DNA of 64,000 nucleotides from positions 288,734,001 to 288,798,000 of the forward strand of contig OZ024741.1 of assembly GCA_964016885.1 (NCBI GenBank). The letters run 5' to 3'. How positions within the stretch are numbered: position 1 is the stretch's first letter; each line of letters starts with the position of its first letter. Positions 17,640 to 32,219 of this stretch are shown piece after piece. The notes beneath the pieces were generated by a model, which was given only the letters and a program-made list of their open reading frames with translations, ran no database searches and was not told where the DNA came from. The position numbers and the translations under genes were made by a program. This DNA is from Eledone cirrhosa (taxonomy: Eukaryota).

Positions 17640-20600
17640 CAGGTCACATTGTATAGATGTCATAGCCATCACCGAGTCCAGAATTCACGACAAGCAGCAG
17701 CTAACCCCCTTGTTCGATGATTTTGAGATCTATGCATCTCTCTGTCAGCCAGGAGGTGGAGGGGGAGTTGCTGTTCTGTTTCGAAAAAACTTGGATCTCA
17801 AAATACAGACGATTCACTTGGACCCGGAGGGCAGTCTGGTGGTCCTGGACGTGAATGGTAGAGAAGGTGGAGCTTTCAGACTGGTGGCCGTATATGCCCC
17901 GACTGGGACATCGCTACCAGAGTTCTTCAAGCATCTGGAGCCATTCCTGGGAACGTCTCGCTCCTTAGTATTAGCGGGGGACTGGAATGGCATCTTAGAC
18001 GCACGTTGGGACTATGTAGGAGCTTGTGATAATAGAGTGGGGTGTAATAGCCTCAAAAATCTCATCAGCCAATTCCAACTGGCTGATAGATATCGACTAG
18101 ACTTCCCAAGTGCACTACTGTGGACGTGGAGCAACCGCACTGGGTCTTCTAGATCGTATTTAGATAGATTTTTAATTAGACAGAATGATAAGGAAACATT
18201 AAGCTGTCCACAAATGCACATGGTTGCCTATTCAGACCACAAATTAGTCACATGCGTAGTCAACCTTGATAGAATACATAGACAGGAACCCGGATACTGG
18301 AAGCTAAACATGTCGCTCCCGGCGCGTAAGGCCTACAGTAAACGGATTAGCACCTTAGTTAAGTGCCAGTTGACGAGGGCAATCGTCAACAACAGGTGGT
18401 GGAGCTCTCTCAAGAGAGCAATTAGAATAGAATCAAAAGCATTTAGCAAGGAAGTAGCTTTAGAAAAAAAAAACTGAAAAGGAACTGGTAGCTAAAATAG
18501 AAGAGGCACTTAGGAATGGCAGTACAGTTGACGTGCTAGCGGCGAGAACGGCACTAGACCAGTTCTTCAACGTGAAACACGAAGGTTATATTGTCAGAAG
18601 TAGAACACGTGCTCTAAGAAACGAGGGAGCCAAAGCTGTTAGGTGGGCCCGAGTGGCAGAGGCGAAAAGTGGCAACAAATCCACAATTCAGTCTTTGCAA
18701 GACAAAGATGGACGCATTGTACTTAAATCCAAGCAGAAGTGCGCGGCCTTCCAGCAGCATTTTGCACAACTGTTCGGGCAAAGCGTTACATCGAGCGAGG
18801 TGATGGACTTCAGCTCCTACCTCGATGGCGTACCGCGACTCTCGAGCACGGATGCGGAGAGCTGCGAAAGGCCGATCACATCGGGCGAAATAGAAGAAGC
18901 CCTAGGCCACTGCGGGAAACGCAAATCACCCGGTTTAGATGGTCTACCCTATGAGTTTTATATAGGCATGCCAGACTTGTTCTCTGGCGTCCTCGAAGCG
19001 GTCTACTGCAACTGGCAGCAGAACGGGAGGATTCCCAGTTCTGCAGGCAGAGGCGTAGTAACGATGATCAGGAAAGATGAGAACAAGGGGGATGAGATAA
19101 GCAATTTCAGGCCCATAACTCTGCTCAACACAGAGTTAAAGATTTTGGCCAAGGTGCTAGCAGCAAAGCTGGTGCTTGTCGTCGAGAAACTGGTAGGGGA
19201 CGTCCAAACGTGTGCAATCCGGACAAGGTCCATACACGACAACCTCCACCTCATGCGATACATCATAGAGAGGGTAGGGTGTAAACCTGGCTTTGGTGGG
19301 GCTCTGATCAATTTAGATCAGTCTAAGGCATTTGATAGGGTCGACCATCAATACTTGGAAGCAGTCCTCAAGGCGGCCGGCTTCGGTCTCGTCTTCAGAG
19401 GCTGGATCGCTGCCATGCACACCAGCATCTGCTCGGCAGTCAAGGTGAATGGCTACCTTTCAGAGCCATTCCAAATCATCTGTTCCATCCATCAGGGATG
19501 CCCTCTCTCCTCCATTCTGTATGTACTGACTCTCGAGCCGTTACTGCGGAAATTGGAGCTGTTGCAGGGCATCCCGATCGAATCAGGACTGCGGAAAGCA
19601 GCGTCAGCCTATGCCGACGACATAACCGTAATGGTGTCGAAAACCTCGGAAATCAGGGTAATCGGCAACCTATTACAGGAATACGAAACGTTGACAGCAG
19701 CAAGACTAAACCCAAACAAGTCTATCGGTTTGCAGCTCTGCACACGGAGAGGCAAGCCCATGCCTTCCGACAGTGTCGTTGGACGCTGGACGGAAGGACC
19801 GGTGAAATTGCTCGGTGTCTGGTTCGGTCCAGACCTGCAGGTGGACAAGAACTGGAACGAGGTCACGGCGAAGGTGTTTGCACTCACTCAGAAGTGGGCT
19901 GAGTGCAAACTCTCCTTGAAAGGTCGAGCGGAGGTGGCGAACACTTACATAGCGTCCGTCATCTACTACCGCTTGACAGTCGTGCCTTGCCCCCGCGAAT
20001 ACCTTACCAAAATGGAACGCCTACTCTTCAAGTTCCTCAGGAAGAAATAGGCTCCATTGGTGAGGAGATCCATCTGCTGTCAACACCCTTCTAACGGAGG
20101 GCTGGGCATGCCGTGGTTGATGGTGCGCAAACATGTGCTGACGCTACGCCATCTCCAGGTATTCCTGACCGGTGAACCGGTGTGGCTGTCGTTTGTGAGA
20201 CAAGCTTTTCCACAACTCGTCTCACTAACAGAGCTGCAGTCCTGGGTCAAGCGAAGACCGAAAATGGGTGCCTGGCACCTCGAGTGCCTACAGGCGCTCA
20301 CAGCCCTCTACCAAGCGGAAACGGCAATCAGCGGAGACTCCACTTCGACATTCTATACGGGATTAGTGGAGGATAAGTGCGACGACGTTCTCGGGGAAAC
20401 TCTAGGCATCGAGGAGGACGAACTGATCAGTCTGTTCGGGAGGACTTTCCGTCCAGGGCCTATGGATAACTTCCAGAGGTCTCTGGCCTGGCAGTGCTAC
20501 CGAGGATCTCTACCAGTTCGAGACAAAATCTACAGGCACGGACGCCCTGGTAGAGATCCAAGATGCGAGCAGGACATCGAAACCGTTCTGCACGCAATTG

Positions 20601-20971
20601 TTCAGTGCCCAGGGGTGACCGACCTGTGGAATTATGTCGAACAGCTGCTGTCGCGTGTGGGACGCATCCAGTTGTCAGCCGAGTCCGTCGTGAGGATCAC
20701 CCCGCCACCTTCATTTAAGAACGAAGGAGAGGCGGTTTTCCTCTGTCTGGTGGCTATGGCGAACGAGGTAATATGGTGGACGAGGTTAAAAGGACTGAGG
20801 GCAAACACCTTTCTCTCCGGACAACACCTTATCCCCTTCTTTAAGTATCACTTCAGAAGAAAGGTGAGAGTGGAGAGAGAGGTGCTACACCCCAGTAAAT
20901 TCGCTGAAAGGTGGGTGAATGTGGCAAAAATGGCCCGAGTGAATGGGCCTTCTCTGTATATAAACCTGTAG
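17638..20971 (+). pseudogene. Disrupted ORF2 (APE endonuclease + reverse transcriptase + C-terminal zinc-binding region)
   Basis: ORFs 17431-18477, 18533-20050 and 20057-20971. Frameshift at the A-run ~18465, in-frame TAG at 20048, and a short deletion in the CxxC region compared with the 21267 copy. Confidence 0.9.
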
Positions 20972-21218
20972 GTTGAGGAAGATAAACATAGGGAAGACGG
21001 GAACACCTAGAAAACGTCTTCCTGGTGTTGAGGGTTGTTCTATCCACGGGGTGTAAAACAACCCTGCAGTAACGTTCCCCCCTATTGGGGATTTCAATTG
21101 TTATTTTATTATATATAGTTTATTGTTATTTATTAATGTTAAAGTTATTTTTATGTAAAACCCCGCCGTCACGTCTTGTAATGTCCCATTTTTGTACGCC
21201 CCTGTGGCAAATAAAGAA

Positions 21219-21220
<2 letters not shown>
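17638..21220 (+). mobile_element. L1-Tx1-type LINE, 5'-truncated, group A divergent subfamily, in (TATC)n
   Basis: APE endonuclease motifs (GDWN, SYLDRF, SDH), RT motifs (KSPGLDG, FRPITLLN, LDQSKAFDRV, QGCPLS, YADD), and a 3' UTR ending CCCTGTGGCAAATAAAGAAAT. (TATC)n flanks at 17596-17638 and 21220-21266. Confidence 0.95.
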
Positions 21221-21266
<46 letters not shown>

Positions 21267-22020
21267 CAAAAGTCCCTGGCCTGGCAGTGCTACCGAGGAG
21301 CTCTACCAGTTCGAGACAAGCTCTACAGACATGGGCGCCCGGGCAGGGACCCTGCAAAAAAGATCTGTCCGAGGTGCGTGCGAGACGAAGAAACCGTCGC
21401 GCACGCATTCATACACTGCCCGGGCGTCACTGACCTGTGGGGCTATGTAGAACGACTATTGTCGCGGGTGGGACCAATCCGGTTGACCACCGAGTCCATT
21501 GTCATGATCAAACCGCCACCCTCCTTCAAAAACGAAGGAGAGGCGGTTTTCCTTTGTGTGATAGCTATGGCGAAAGAGGTTGTATGGTGGACAAGGTTGA
21601 AAGGGCTGAGGTCAGACACCTTTCTCTCCGGCCAACAACTGATTCTTTTTTTCAAATACCACTTTGGAAGAAGAATCAGGATGGAGAGAGAGGTGCTGTA
21701 CCCCAGCAAGTTTTATGAAAGGTGGGTGAAAGTGGCGAGAATGGCCCGAGTGAATGGGCCTTCTCTCTATATCAGCCTGTAGGTTGAGGAAAAGGAGGAG
21801 GAGAGGAAAGGAGTACAAGCTCTTCGTACTCCTGGAGATGAGGGTTGCACATTTTTTTCGGGGGTCTGTGTTACCCATATAAACTGTCTCCCTCTATTGG
21901 GGAAAATCGACTAACTTTTAAATTCCATCTGTGATAACATTTTACACGTTTTTATTGTATGTAAACTTCCCCCTTTGTATTTGTCCCCTTCTTTTGTGCC
22001 CCTGTGGCTAATAAAGAAAT
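21267..22020 (+). mobile_element. L1-Tx1-type LINE 3' fragment (group A), directly behind the previous copy
   Basis: QKSLAWQCYRGALPVRDK...CPRC...HAFIHC...SLYISL* plus 3' UTR. Nearly identical to the reverse complement of 48575-49330 and followed by GATCTATCTATCTA. Confidence 0.95.
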
Positions 22021-22367
22021 AGATCTATCTATCTAAATGCCTGTTTCTATTTTTCTATATCTAAATCTGTGAATGTGTACATATGTGCTTGTTTGCTCGT
22101 GCGTGTGTGTGTGTTTTTGTGTTTATGTGTATGTGCGTGTGAGAGTGTGTGTGCATATGCACGACGTTAGTTCTAACATTGTATATGGTACTATATGTAA
22201 ATTCTTGCTTTAAAGAATATGTCTATATTTATTAATGACATTTGAACGTGTAAGTGTGAGAATGTATATGTATGTTGATTAGCAAGTAGGTGTATCAACG
22301 TGTGTGTGTATTTGTCTGTTTGTGTAGTTATAGAGAGAGGGGGAGAGAGAGGGAGATAGATAAAGAG

Positions 22368-22570
<203 letters not shown>

Positions 22571-22584
22571 GAGAGAGAGAGAGG

Positions 22585-22628
<44 letters not shown>

Positions 22629-22686
22629 TGATGAGGTGAATGGCAGAAGGGTTTTTCTTCTTTTAATTGCTTTCGATGTAGTTTTC

Positions 22687-22721
<35 letters not shown>

Positions 22722-23010
22722 GGGTGTTGTTGTTGATGATGTTGATGATGTTGATGATGTTGCTGATGTTGATGTTGATGATGTTGATGTTGACAGTACT
22801 TGTTATTGTTGTTAAAATCATTCTAGTTGTTATTGTTACCATTAATGCTATTGTTGTTTAATAATATAAAGGTCCATTTAAATTTTCATTAATTAGATTC
22901 TGGGTATAAGGTAGTGGATGTGCTATATCACATGTGTGTGGATGTTCCTCTGTTCAGTGATGTTATGTATGTGTTTGCATGTGTGTGAGTGTATAAGTCT
23001 ATGAAGTTGG

Positions 23011-23136
<126 letters not shown>

Positions 23137-23583
23137 AGTGGTTTTGTGTATTTGTTTCATGTATGTGCATATATATATAAATATGTATATACATACATAC
23201 ATACATATATATATATGTGTCTGTGTGTCTGTGTGTGTGTGTGTGCGTGTGTGTGTGTTTGGGTGGATGTTACTGTATCTATATATGCGTGTGAATGTGT
23301 TATTTCATTGAGCATGTGTGTGTGTTATGTGTATTGGTATGAACAATTATTTCCGACATAAATTTGCTTTAAATTGCGGTCACTTTACTGGTCTTAAAAT
23401 GTTATTTTAATAACAAGTATAACCTCGACACCACCATCACCACCTCCAACACCTCCACCACCGCCACCACCACAATTACCATAGAAATTAAATGCAACAC
23501 ATACACAACAAACATCACATCACATATTCATACAACTATCTCATTTGTAACAAAACTTAGAATGCAACACACTCATACACAAC

Positions 23584-23815
23584 GGCAGCAAATCTCTCAC
23601 AAAATCGCTTGTGTTTAGATAAAAAATACCATCTATAGTTGCTAAAAGAAAAGATAAGGGCTCAAGGAGAACCCTTTTAAGACCGATATAACACACATCA
23701 TGGCAGCAAATGTCTCACAAAATCGCGTGTGTGTAGAACAACAATAACACGTATAGTTGCTACTAAAAAAAATTATAAAGGTTCAAGGAGAACCCTTTAA
23801 AGACCGATATAAACA
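23584..23815. repeat. Diverged 118-bp tandem duplication
   Basis: GGCAGCAAAT.TCTCACAAAATCGC...TCAAGGAGAACCCTTT.AAGACCGATATAA starts at 23584 and 23702. Confidence 0.85.
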
Positions 23816-24108
23816 GTACACCCACTCCTTCAGTTCTAAAGATACGTTTTATTTCATCTCTATATCTTTTTTGTGGGGTGGAGGGTGGAAACTTAAGAAT
23901 AGTTAGATTTGCCACATTCCTATCATCAGGGGTATTGTTAAAACTAACAACCCCCTGTTTTAACCGATCAAAGAGATGCCAGTTATGAGAAATATAACAT
24001 CTTGTTATACCACTCTTGACACTAAAATAAACGTCGAAATTCTATCGATAGTGCAATATATTGCATATTTAGTGATTACAATCTCTTGAGTAATAGGTTG
24101 ACAGTGAA

Positions 24109-24229
<121 letters not shown>

Positions 24230-24281
24230 CTATCTATCTGTCTATCTATCTATCTATCTATCTATAAATACATACATATAC

Positions 24282-24324
<43 letters not shown>

Positions 24325-24859
24325 TATACACACACTTATATATATATAAGGAGAAAGAGGGGGGAGTTTAGGGAGTTAAACAGATAGACGGAGAGATAGA
24401 TAGATACATAGATAGGCAGGTGGCGAGAAAGAGATATATGTCCAAAGAGACAGAGGGAAGAAAGTAAGAGAGTGGGTGAAAAAGATGAGGCTGTAGAGTG
24501 TGGGAATGGAGAAGTTTGCTAAAAATTCAATTTTATATTCACTTAAATTTTAAAACAATTTAAACTCTATTGATGTGTATCCTCACATGGGACTCTTTAA
24601 TTACTTTTGGTAATTATTATTATTAAAAGTGGTATTAATTATTTTATTACAATTATTTATAGTAGAAGTAGTTACAGAGAGAGTGTAGGTGATGGTGATG
24701 GTGGTGTTAAAAGTGGTTGGTGCTTGCTGTTATGGTACTGAAGAGAGTTCTGCCATATATTGTTTAAGCAGCTAGGGAGAAAAAGTTATTTTATTTTTCA
24801 ATGTTTTGGAAAGTTGTTTGGTTTAAGTGTTGTTATTGCTATTGTTGATGTAGTGTTGT

Positions 24860-26220
24860 TAGCTATTGTTGTTGTGGTTGTAGTTGTGGTGGTGGTGGTG
24901 GTAGTTATTGGGGTAGTGGTATTTTTTGTGGTGGTTGTAGTTGTTGTCATGTTGGTGGTAGTTGTGGTGGTAGTTGATGTGGTGGTGGTAGTTTTCATGA
25001 TGGTTGTAGTTGTGGTGGAAGTAGTTGTGGTGGTGGTAGTTTTTATGGTGGTAGTTGCGGCGCTAGTTGCTGTTGTGGTGGTGGTATTTGTTGTTGTTGT
25101 GGTAGTAATTGTTGTGGTGGTAGTAGTAATTGTTGTTGTGGTTGTAATTGTTGTGGTGGTAGTTATTGTGGTGGTAGTTGTTGTTGTGGTAGTTGTTGTG
25201 TTGGTGGTAGTAGTTGTTGTGGTGGTAGTTGTTGTTTTGGTGGTAGTAATTGTTGTGGTGGTAGTTGTTGTGGCTGTAGTTTTTGTTGTGGTGGTAGTTG
25301 TTGTTGTGGTGGTAGTATTTATTGTGGTGGTAGTTGTTGTTGTGGTAGTTGTTGTTGTGGTGGTAGTAGTTGTTGTGGTGGTAGTTGTTGTTTTGGTGGT
25401 AGTAATTGTTGTGGTGGTAGTTGTTGTGGCTGTAGTTTTTGTTGTGGTGGTAGTTGTTGTTGTGGTGGTAGTATTTATTGTGGTGGTAGTTGTTGTTGTG
25501 GTAGTTGTTGTTGTGGTGGTAGTAATTGTTGTGGTGGTAGTTGTTGTTTTGATGGTAGTAATTGTTGTGGTGGCAGTTGTTGTGGTAGTTGTCGTTGTGG
25601 TGGTAGTAATTGTTGTGGTGGTAGTTGTTGTTGTTGTGGTAATAATTGTTGTGGTGGTAGTTGTTGTTTTGGTGGTAGTAATTGTTGTGGTGGTAGTTGT
25701 TGTGATGGTAGTAATTGTTGTGGTGGTAGTTGTTGTTTGGGTGGTAGTATTTGTTGTGGTGGTAGTTGTTGTTGCTGTGGTAGTAATTGTTATGGTGGTA
25801 GTTATTGTTTTGGTGGTAGTAATTGTTGTGGTGGTAGTTGTTGTGGTTGTAATTGTTGTTGTGGCTGTAGTTTTTGTGGTGGCGGTAGTTGTTGAGTTGG
25901 TGGTAGTAGCTGTTGTTGTATTGGTTGTAGTTATGTTGGTGACAGTTGTGATTGTGTTACTGGTAGTCATTGTGGTGGTAGTTGTGGTGGTGGTAGTTGT
26001 GGGGGTAGTTGTGGTTGTGGTAATGGTAGTTGTTGTATTGGTGATAGTTGTTGTTGTAGTAGTGGCAGTTGAGTTGATGGTAGTTGTTGTGGTAGTGGTG
26101 GTTGCTGTTGTAGTAGTGGTAGTTGTTGTGGTAGTGGTAGTTGTTTTGGTAGTGGTAGTTGTTGTGGTAGTGGTAGTTGTTGTGGTAGTGGTAGTTGTTG
26201 TGGTAGTGATAGTTGTTATA
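24860..26220. repeat. (GTT/GTG/GTA)n low-complexity tract with internal block duplications
   Basis: Directly visible. ORFs are poly-Val/poly-Thr. Confidence 0.9.
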
Positions 26221-26413
26221 TCTAATTATTTAGATATTTCTATAAGCAGACATTTGATTGATTAGACTCGTGTTTCACGTGCTTATGAAACTCCGAGTAA
26301 TGAACGCTAAATCAACCACAGTTTACCCCCCCCCCCCCTCCCTGCCCCACACACACATACACAAACACACACTCGCACTCACACTCACAGTCACATACAC
26401 ACACACACACACT

Positions 26414-26444
<31 letters not shown>

Positions 26445-26757
26445 ATGCGTGTGCTTGAATTCGTGTATTTGTTTGCCTCTTTGTGTGTGTGTGTGACTGT
26501 GAGTGTGTGTGTGTGTGTGTGTCTGTGTAAGTGTATATAGGTGAACATGCATTCATTTCAACTCTTCTTAATAACTGTATCGTTTATTTTGGGGTCCTAT
26601 TTAAAAAAAAATAAACCTCATTTAGTCATTCCATGAGAGTATCTTGGCCAACCTATGAATTTTTCAGCTGAAACTCGAATACCGTAAATACATGAACACA
26701 AATACACGAACAAGCTTTTCCTTCCAAGATGTTATATTACCAGAACACAATCCAAAT

Positions 26758-26864
<107 letters not shown>

Positions 26865-26866
26865 TA

Positions 26867-26968
26867 CAGGGTGCCCGGCCCCAAATGTATACACACTTTG
26901 ATTACCTGTACAGGCAATATTTATTAGAACGCTGATGAAGTGTGTATACATTTTTGGGGGACACCCTG
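26867..26968. mobile_element. 102-bp Tc1/mariner-type MITE inserted in (TA)n
   Basis: Imperfect ~30-bp TIRs CAGGGTGCCCGGCCCCAAATGTATACACACTT / AAGTGTGTATACATTTTTGGGGGACACCCTG, with TA on both sides. Confidence 0.85.
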
Positions 26969-26999
<31 letters not shown>

Positions 27000-27044
27000 T
27001 TATTCATATGTAACCCATGTGCAACCACACAGCATTCCATTTTT

Positions 27045-27093
<49 letters not shown>

Positions 27094-27930
27094 GAAATGG
27101 GTGGTGGTTGAAATTCAGATGTGCTCGGTTAAATGGTAGTAGACGTGGTCGGACGGACATGAAAATTTACACACCTATGTAAAAAGTGCCAAGGAAGCAA
27201 ATAGACGAACTTGAAGCAAATCTCTAACTTGAAAAATGTGGTCCCTAGGGCCCCCAAACGGTCTATTTACTATCGCGTTCGGTGAGTTATTTCCCCCTGT
27301 TCTAATACTTGGATGAGTTATTTACAATTTCACGTTCTTTCGCTGTTAACATACAGTACCAATAATTTGAAAAATATTATTGAAAGTTTATTATAAAGAA
27401 GCAGTTTCAGGAAAAAAAAATAGAAATATGCACTTGGGGCTGGACGGCGTACAATGAGAAGTGGAGCGACGTGAAAAGCGTTGTTTATTAACAGCGAAAT
27501 AGCAATGTCGATGAGATGCAAGTTTGAAAATGCAGATTAATAAACTGTTGCCTTCTACAGTACGTTTCATTTTCACAGCACCGTTTTATGAAATCGATTC
27601 TGCAGTACGGTCACTGTTTTCCATCAAAAGAAATAAAACCCTTAAATTGCGAAGAAGGGACGCGTGTTTTTATTTTAATTCTAATACATGTTAACCACCA
27701 CTAACAGTAAGTAGTATTTTTCAAATTGCATATCATCGACATTGCTATTCCGCTGTTAATAAACAACGCTTTTCACGTCGCCCCACTTTTATTGTACACC
27801 GTCCAGCCCCAAGTGCATATTTCTATTTTTTTCCCTGAAATTGCTTCTTTATAATAAACTTTCAATAATATTTTTCAAATGATTAACTTAATAAAAAAGG
27901 GCCCCGGGTGCAACCGGACTCAGCTGCTAT
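27045..27930 (+). mobile_element. Non-autonomous Helitron-like element with ~165-bp internal inverted repeat
   Basis: 3' GC hairpin CCGG-GTGCAA-CCGG followed ~10 nt later by GCTAT (CTAG-like end). Inverted arms at 27361-27530 and 27717-27884. The Helitron class is inferred. Confidence 0.5.
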
Positions 27931-27944
27931 ATATATATATTTAT

Positions 27945-28504
<560 letters not shown>

Positions 28505-28526
28505 GAGAGAGAAAGGGAGAGAGAGA

Positions 28527-28576
<50 letters not shown>

Positions 28577-28634
28577 GAGAGAGAAACATGTCTTGATGGA
28601 AGGTATTGAAGTTAGTTGATCTTTACAATTTGAA

Positions 28635-28867
28635 GTGTTCTTCGCCATATTGACATACGGCGTTGCTAGGGCATTTAAAAACCTGGTGGAGCCCATTTCC
28701 TCTCCAAGTCTGAATGCAGCAGGTTTCTTCCAGAGAAAGATAGAAAGAGTGAGAGATGAAAGGCAAAGTAGACCTCGGCGGGATTTGAACTCAGAGAGCA
28801 GAGAGTTGAAACGAATACAGCAAAGCATTCTATCCAATGTTTTAACGACTCTGCCAATTCACCGCCT
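28635..28867 (-). mobile_element. tRNA-derived SINE, tail variant 2, with internal deletion
   Basis: Head and B-box (CCTCGGCGGGATTTGAACTC), with the tail shared with 7480-7570. Confidence 0.75.
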
Positions 28868-28905
28868 TTCACATATAATACATATATAGAAAAGCTCCCA
28901 CCGAC

Positions 28906-29039
<134 letters not shown>

Positions 29040-29237
29040 GCACACACACACAGATACCCCTCAACCAGTGTTACCATACCAATCCAAACCCTATACACCA
29101 GTATTAGAAACCACCTTCGAAACATCCTCCATACTCGAAACTACTGCAACCACTTTATTGTACGACCAAATTACTTTCACCACACACATCTACCAAGACT
29201 CGCCATTACCATTGCGACTGTCATCCATGCTAACTAC

Positions 29238-29550
29238 TGAGTTCAAATCCCGCCGAGGTTAACTTTGCCTTTCATCCTTACGGGGTCGATAAAATAAAGT
29301 ACCAGTAATACACTGGGATAATTGCTGGCCTTGTGCCAAAAGTAGAAACAATTATATCTGCGGTGGATTGGCAGTATCAGTAGAGGGTCGGACGCCATGC
29401 TTTGTAGCAAAGAGTTACGGCCCTTTATGGTCCGAGTTCAAATCCCGCCGAGGTTAACTTTGCCTTTCATCCTTACGGGGTCGATAAAATAAAGTAGCAG
29501 TAATACACTGGGATAATTGCTGGCTTTGTGCCAAAAGTAGAAACAATTAT
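29238..29550 (+). mobile_element. Two stacked SINEs (5'-truncated 29238-29355; full 29360-29550)
   Basis: Near-consensus copies. ATTATATCTGCG is duplicated either side of the second. Confidence 0.92.
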
Positions 29551-30063
29551 ATCTGCGCTTCTAATAACACTACTACTAACAACAGTACTATTACTGTTAC
29601 AACATAACTACTACCAAGACCACTAGTACTACTATTCCAATACTACTACTAACATCACCACATCATTGCGCCAACATAACCAATACTACATCAAAAAGCA
29701 GAACCACCGCTAGACCAACACTACCACCATCATACCAGCCAAAACCATTCCAGAACCACTATCAACACAATACCAACAGAACTATTAATACAAACAGTGC
29801 TATTGATACCATGCCAACACTACCGTTAACACTTTACCAATGCTATTACTAACATCACCACACCATGGTAGCAATGTCACCCATTCCATCCCCCCAAAAC
29901 AGTAGCAGTACCAACAGTACTATTAATACTATACCAACACTAGTATCAACACTATATTAATACTATTACCAACATCACCACACTATCATTGCCCCCCCCC
30001 CCCCCCCCGTTGTAGTAACAACAGTACTATTAATACTATACCAACACTACTATTAACACTATA

Positions 30064-30255
30064 GGTGGTGGATTGGCAGAATCAGTAGAGGGTCGGATGC
30101 CATGCTTTGCAGCATAGGGTTACGGCCCTTTATGTTCTGATTTCAAATCCCGCCGAGGCTAGTTTTGCCTTTCATTCTTACGGGGTCGATAAAATAAAGT
30201 ACCAGTAATGAACTAGGGTAATTGCTAGCCTTGTACGAAAAGTAGAAACAATTAT
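30064..30255 (+). mobile_element. Full-length SINE with 13-bp TSD
   Basis: TATTAACACTATA at 30051-30063 and 30253-30265. It interrupts a degenerate local tandem repeat (29570-30340). Confidence 0.92.
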
Positions 30256-30733
30256 TAACACTATACTAATACTATTACCAACATCACCACACCATCATAG
30301 CAACGTAACCAACACCACCTCAAAAATCCAGTAGCAGTACCAATGAAAAAACCCCCCAAAAAACAAAAAAAAAACAAGGATCCCCACCCTTTACATCAAA
30401 ATATCTAACTTTGCCCTTCACCCTCCCCCATAACAAGGGCAACAAAGAACAAGACCGAAAGCAAATCTTCAGAACGTGTATAGCATTGAATTGTCAAAAC
30501 ATAATTGGCGAGGAATTGTTTCACTGTGACAGAACTACTCCATCAGACTTCAGCCTTCATTATTCAACATCATTACCACTACTACTACTACCACAACTAC
30601 GACCGACATCACCACCACTAACACTACCATTACCAACAACATCACCATTACTACTACTACCACTACCAACATCACCACCACTACTTCCGCTACCATGATC
30701 AATAACATCAACACCACCACCACCACCACCACC

Positions 30734-30783
<50 letters not shown>

Positions 30784-30834
30784 CGCTACCACTATCACCA
30801 CCACCACTACCACTACAATTACTGACATCATCAT

Positions 30835-30904
<70 letters not shown>

Positions 30905-31079
30905 GACATCATCACCATTACTACCATTATCAAAACTATCAACAGCACTACTACTACCGCAACCAATATAACCACCACCACCACCACTACCGCTATCAAC
31001 ATCACCACCTCCACCACCACTACTAATACCACTACCTACATCACCACTACCACTACCAACAACATCTCCAGTGCGTTCA

Positions 31080-32005
31080 CCAGTCTATAATGCCATACTA
31101 AATCCAACTAATCTTCATATCAGGAACAAGAGAAAGATACCTTCCTGTCTGATGTACTTTGAGTGAGGCTCTTTTGAAGGTCTTCTAACTCTCTGTCCAT
31201 AAACCCTTGGAAAACACCCTTACCGGTGGTGCTCACAAGATGCTCAAGTTGATTGCTGAAAGCATAGCCACTACTATCATATAAACACTACCACACGCCA
31301 AAGAATTTGATTACCTTCATCAAGACTGAAGATAAACACTATCCACAATCAAAAAACAAAGAAAAACTTCCCCAACAACCCTCTAACTGGAGCTGCATGT
31401 CGATTTTGGAGCAAGCTACCGAAGTTTCCGTAGTACATTGTACCAACATTACCCTACACAGATATGATCATTATCTCTGAGGTGACAAAATAACTTACAT
31501 TTCATGTGGAGTAACCGATTGAAAGAACTTATGAAAAGAAATCAGCAAAGTAGCAGGATTTCGGAGAAATGCTAGGACAGCGACTGTAAAGTGTAATGGT
31601 AAAGCTTTGCAGGGCGATCGCTTTGTAATGTCCTAAGCTGATTGGGCTTTACTGCGACGATACAGATGAGAGCCATTCAATCCAAGAGAAGAGCCACTCG
31701 ATGGATTATAAGGAAATATCCGTCTGTGGCTGCTGCTCAGTGCTGGATTTAGGACAGATAAAGTCCTGTGTTAGTTAAGTTATGAGGCCCAAACATTTGA
31801 AAAATTCATCGTGAAAAATTTTTTGGTAAGAAGATGGGCCCCCCTCACCAACGGGGCCCTGTGCTTAAGCTCACCTAAGCACAATGGTAAATCAGGCACT
31901 GGAGTTTGGTCAGCCCTGATTTAGTCACCCGGAAAATTATGACTGATGATGAAAAGCCTGAAACACACAATGGGCCTGGATTATGTCACTGATGTTACGT
32001 ATCAG
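31080..32005 (+). mobile_element. Decayed HERO-clade (RLE-type) non-LTR retrotransposon 3' part
   Basis: Manual translation gives PTNLHI..., FP*YIVPTLPYTDMIIISEVTK*L (RPD-like), IERTYEKKSAK*Q, FAGRSLCNVL, RAIQS and ATRW. A UTR-like segment resumes after 31901. Clade assigned from recall. Confidence 0.65.
31738..31901. mobile_element. 164-bp MITE (hAT-like TIRs) nested in the HERO relic
   Basis: CAGTGCTGGATTTA ... TAAATCAGGCACTG (12/14 inverted match). No TSD seen. Confidence 0.65.
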
Positions 32006-32219
32006 TCTATACATAATATTATTTATATTTCTTATATTTTGTTGTACAGTTGTATCTCTTATTGTGTTCATATTATTTGTTGTTAGGCTTTATATGATTT
32101 AACCTTATATTACTTGTGCGTTCATCCTGTTGTTTCTATAATTGTATTGTCCGTGTTGTGTTGTCTTTATTTCCATAGTCGTATTGTTGTGTGTATATAA
32201 TATATAATTTTAATAGTTA

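Noticed and set aside
23905-23965. Minus-strand CTGATGA as a hammerhead core
   Set aside because: No suitably placed GAAA or closing stems.
24760-26265. Mucin-like poly-Thr / poly-Val ORFs
   Set aside because: Trinucleotide low-complexity DNA with no unique coding flanks.
29238-30255. tRNA genes suggested by GAGTTCAAATCCC B-boxes
   Set aside because: These are SINE heads: A-B spacing is extended, I see no cloverleaf, and each is followed by a shared core, tail and TSDs.
31943-31975. CTGATGA...GAAAC as a hammerhead
   Set aside because: Stems do not pair and there is no UH site with stem I. It is better explained as the 3' UTR of the HERO relic.
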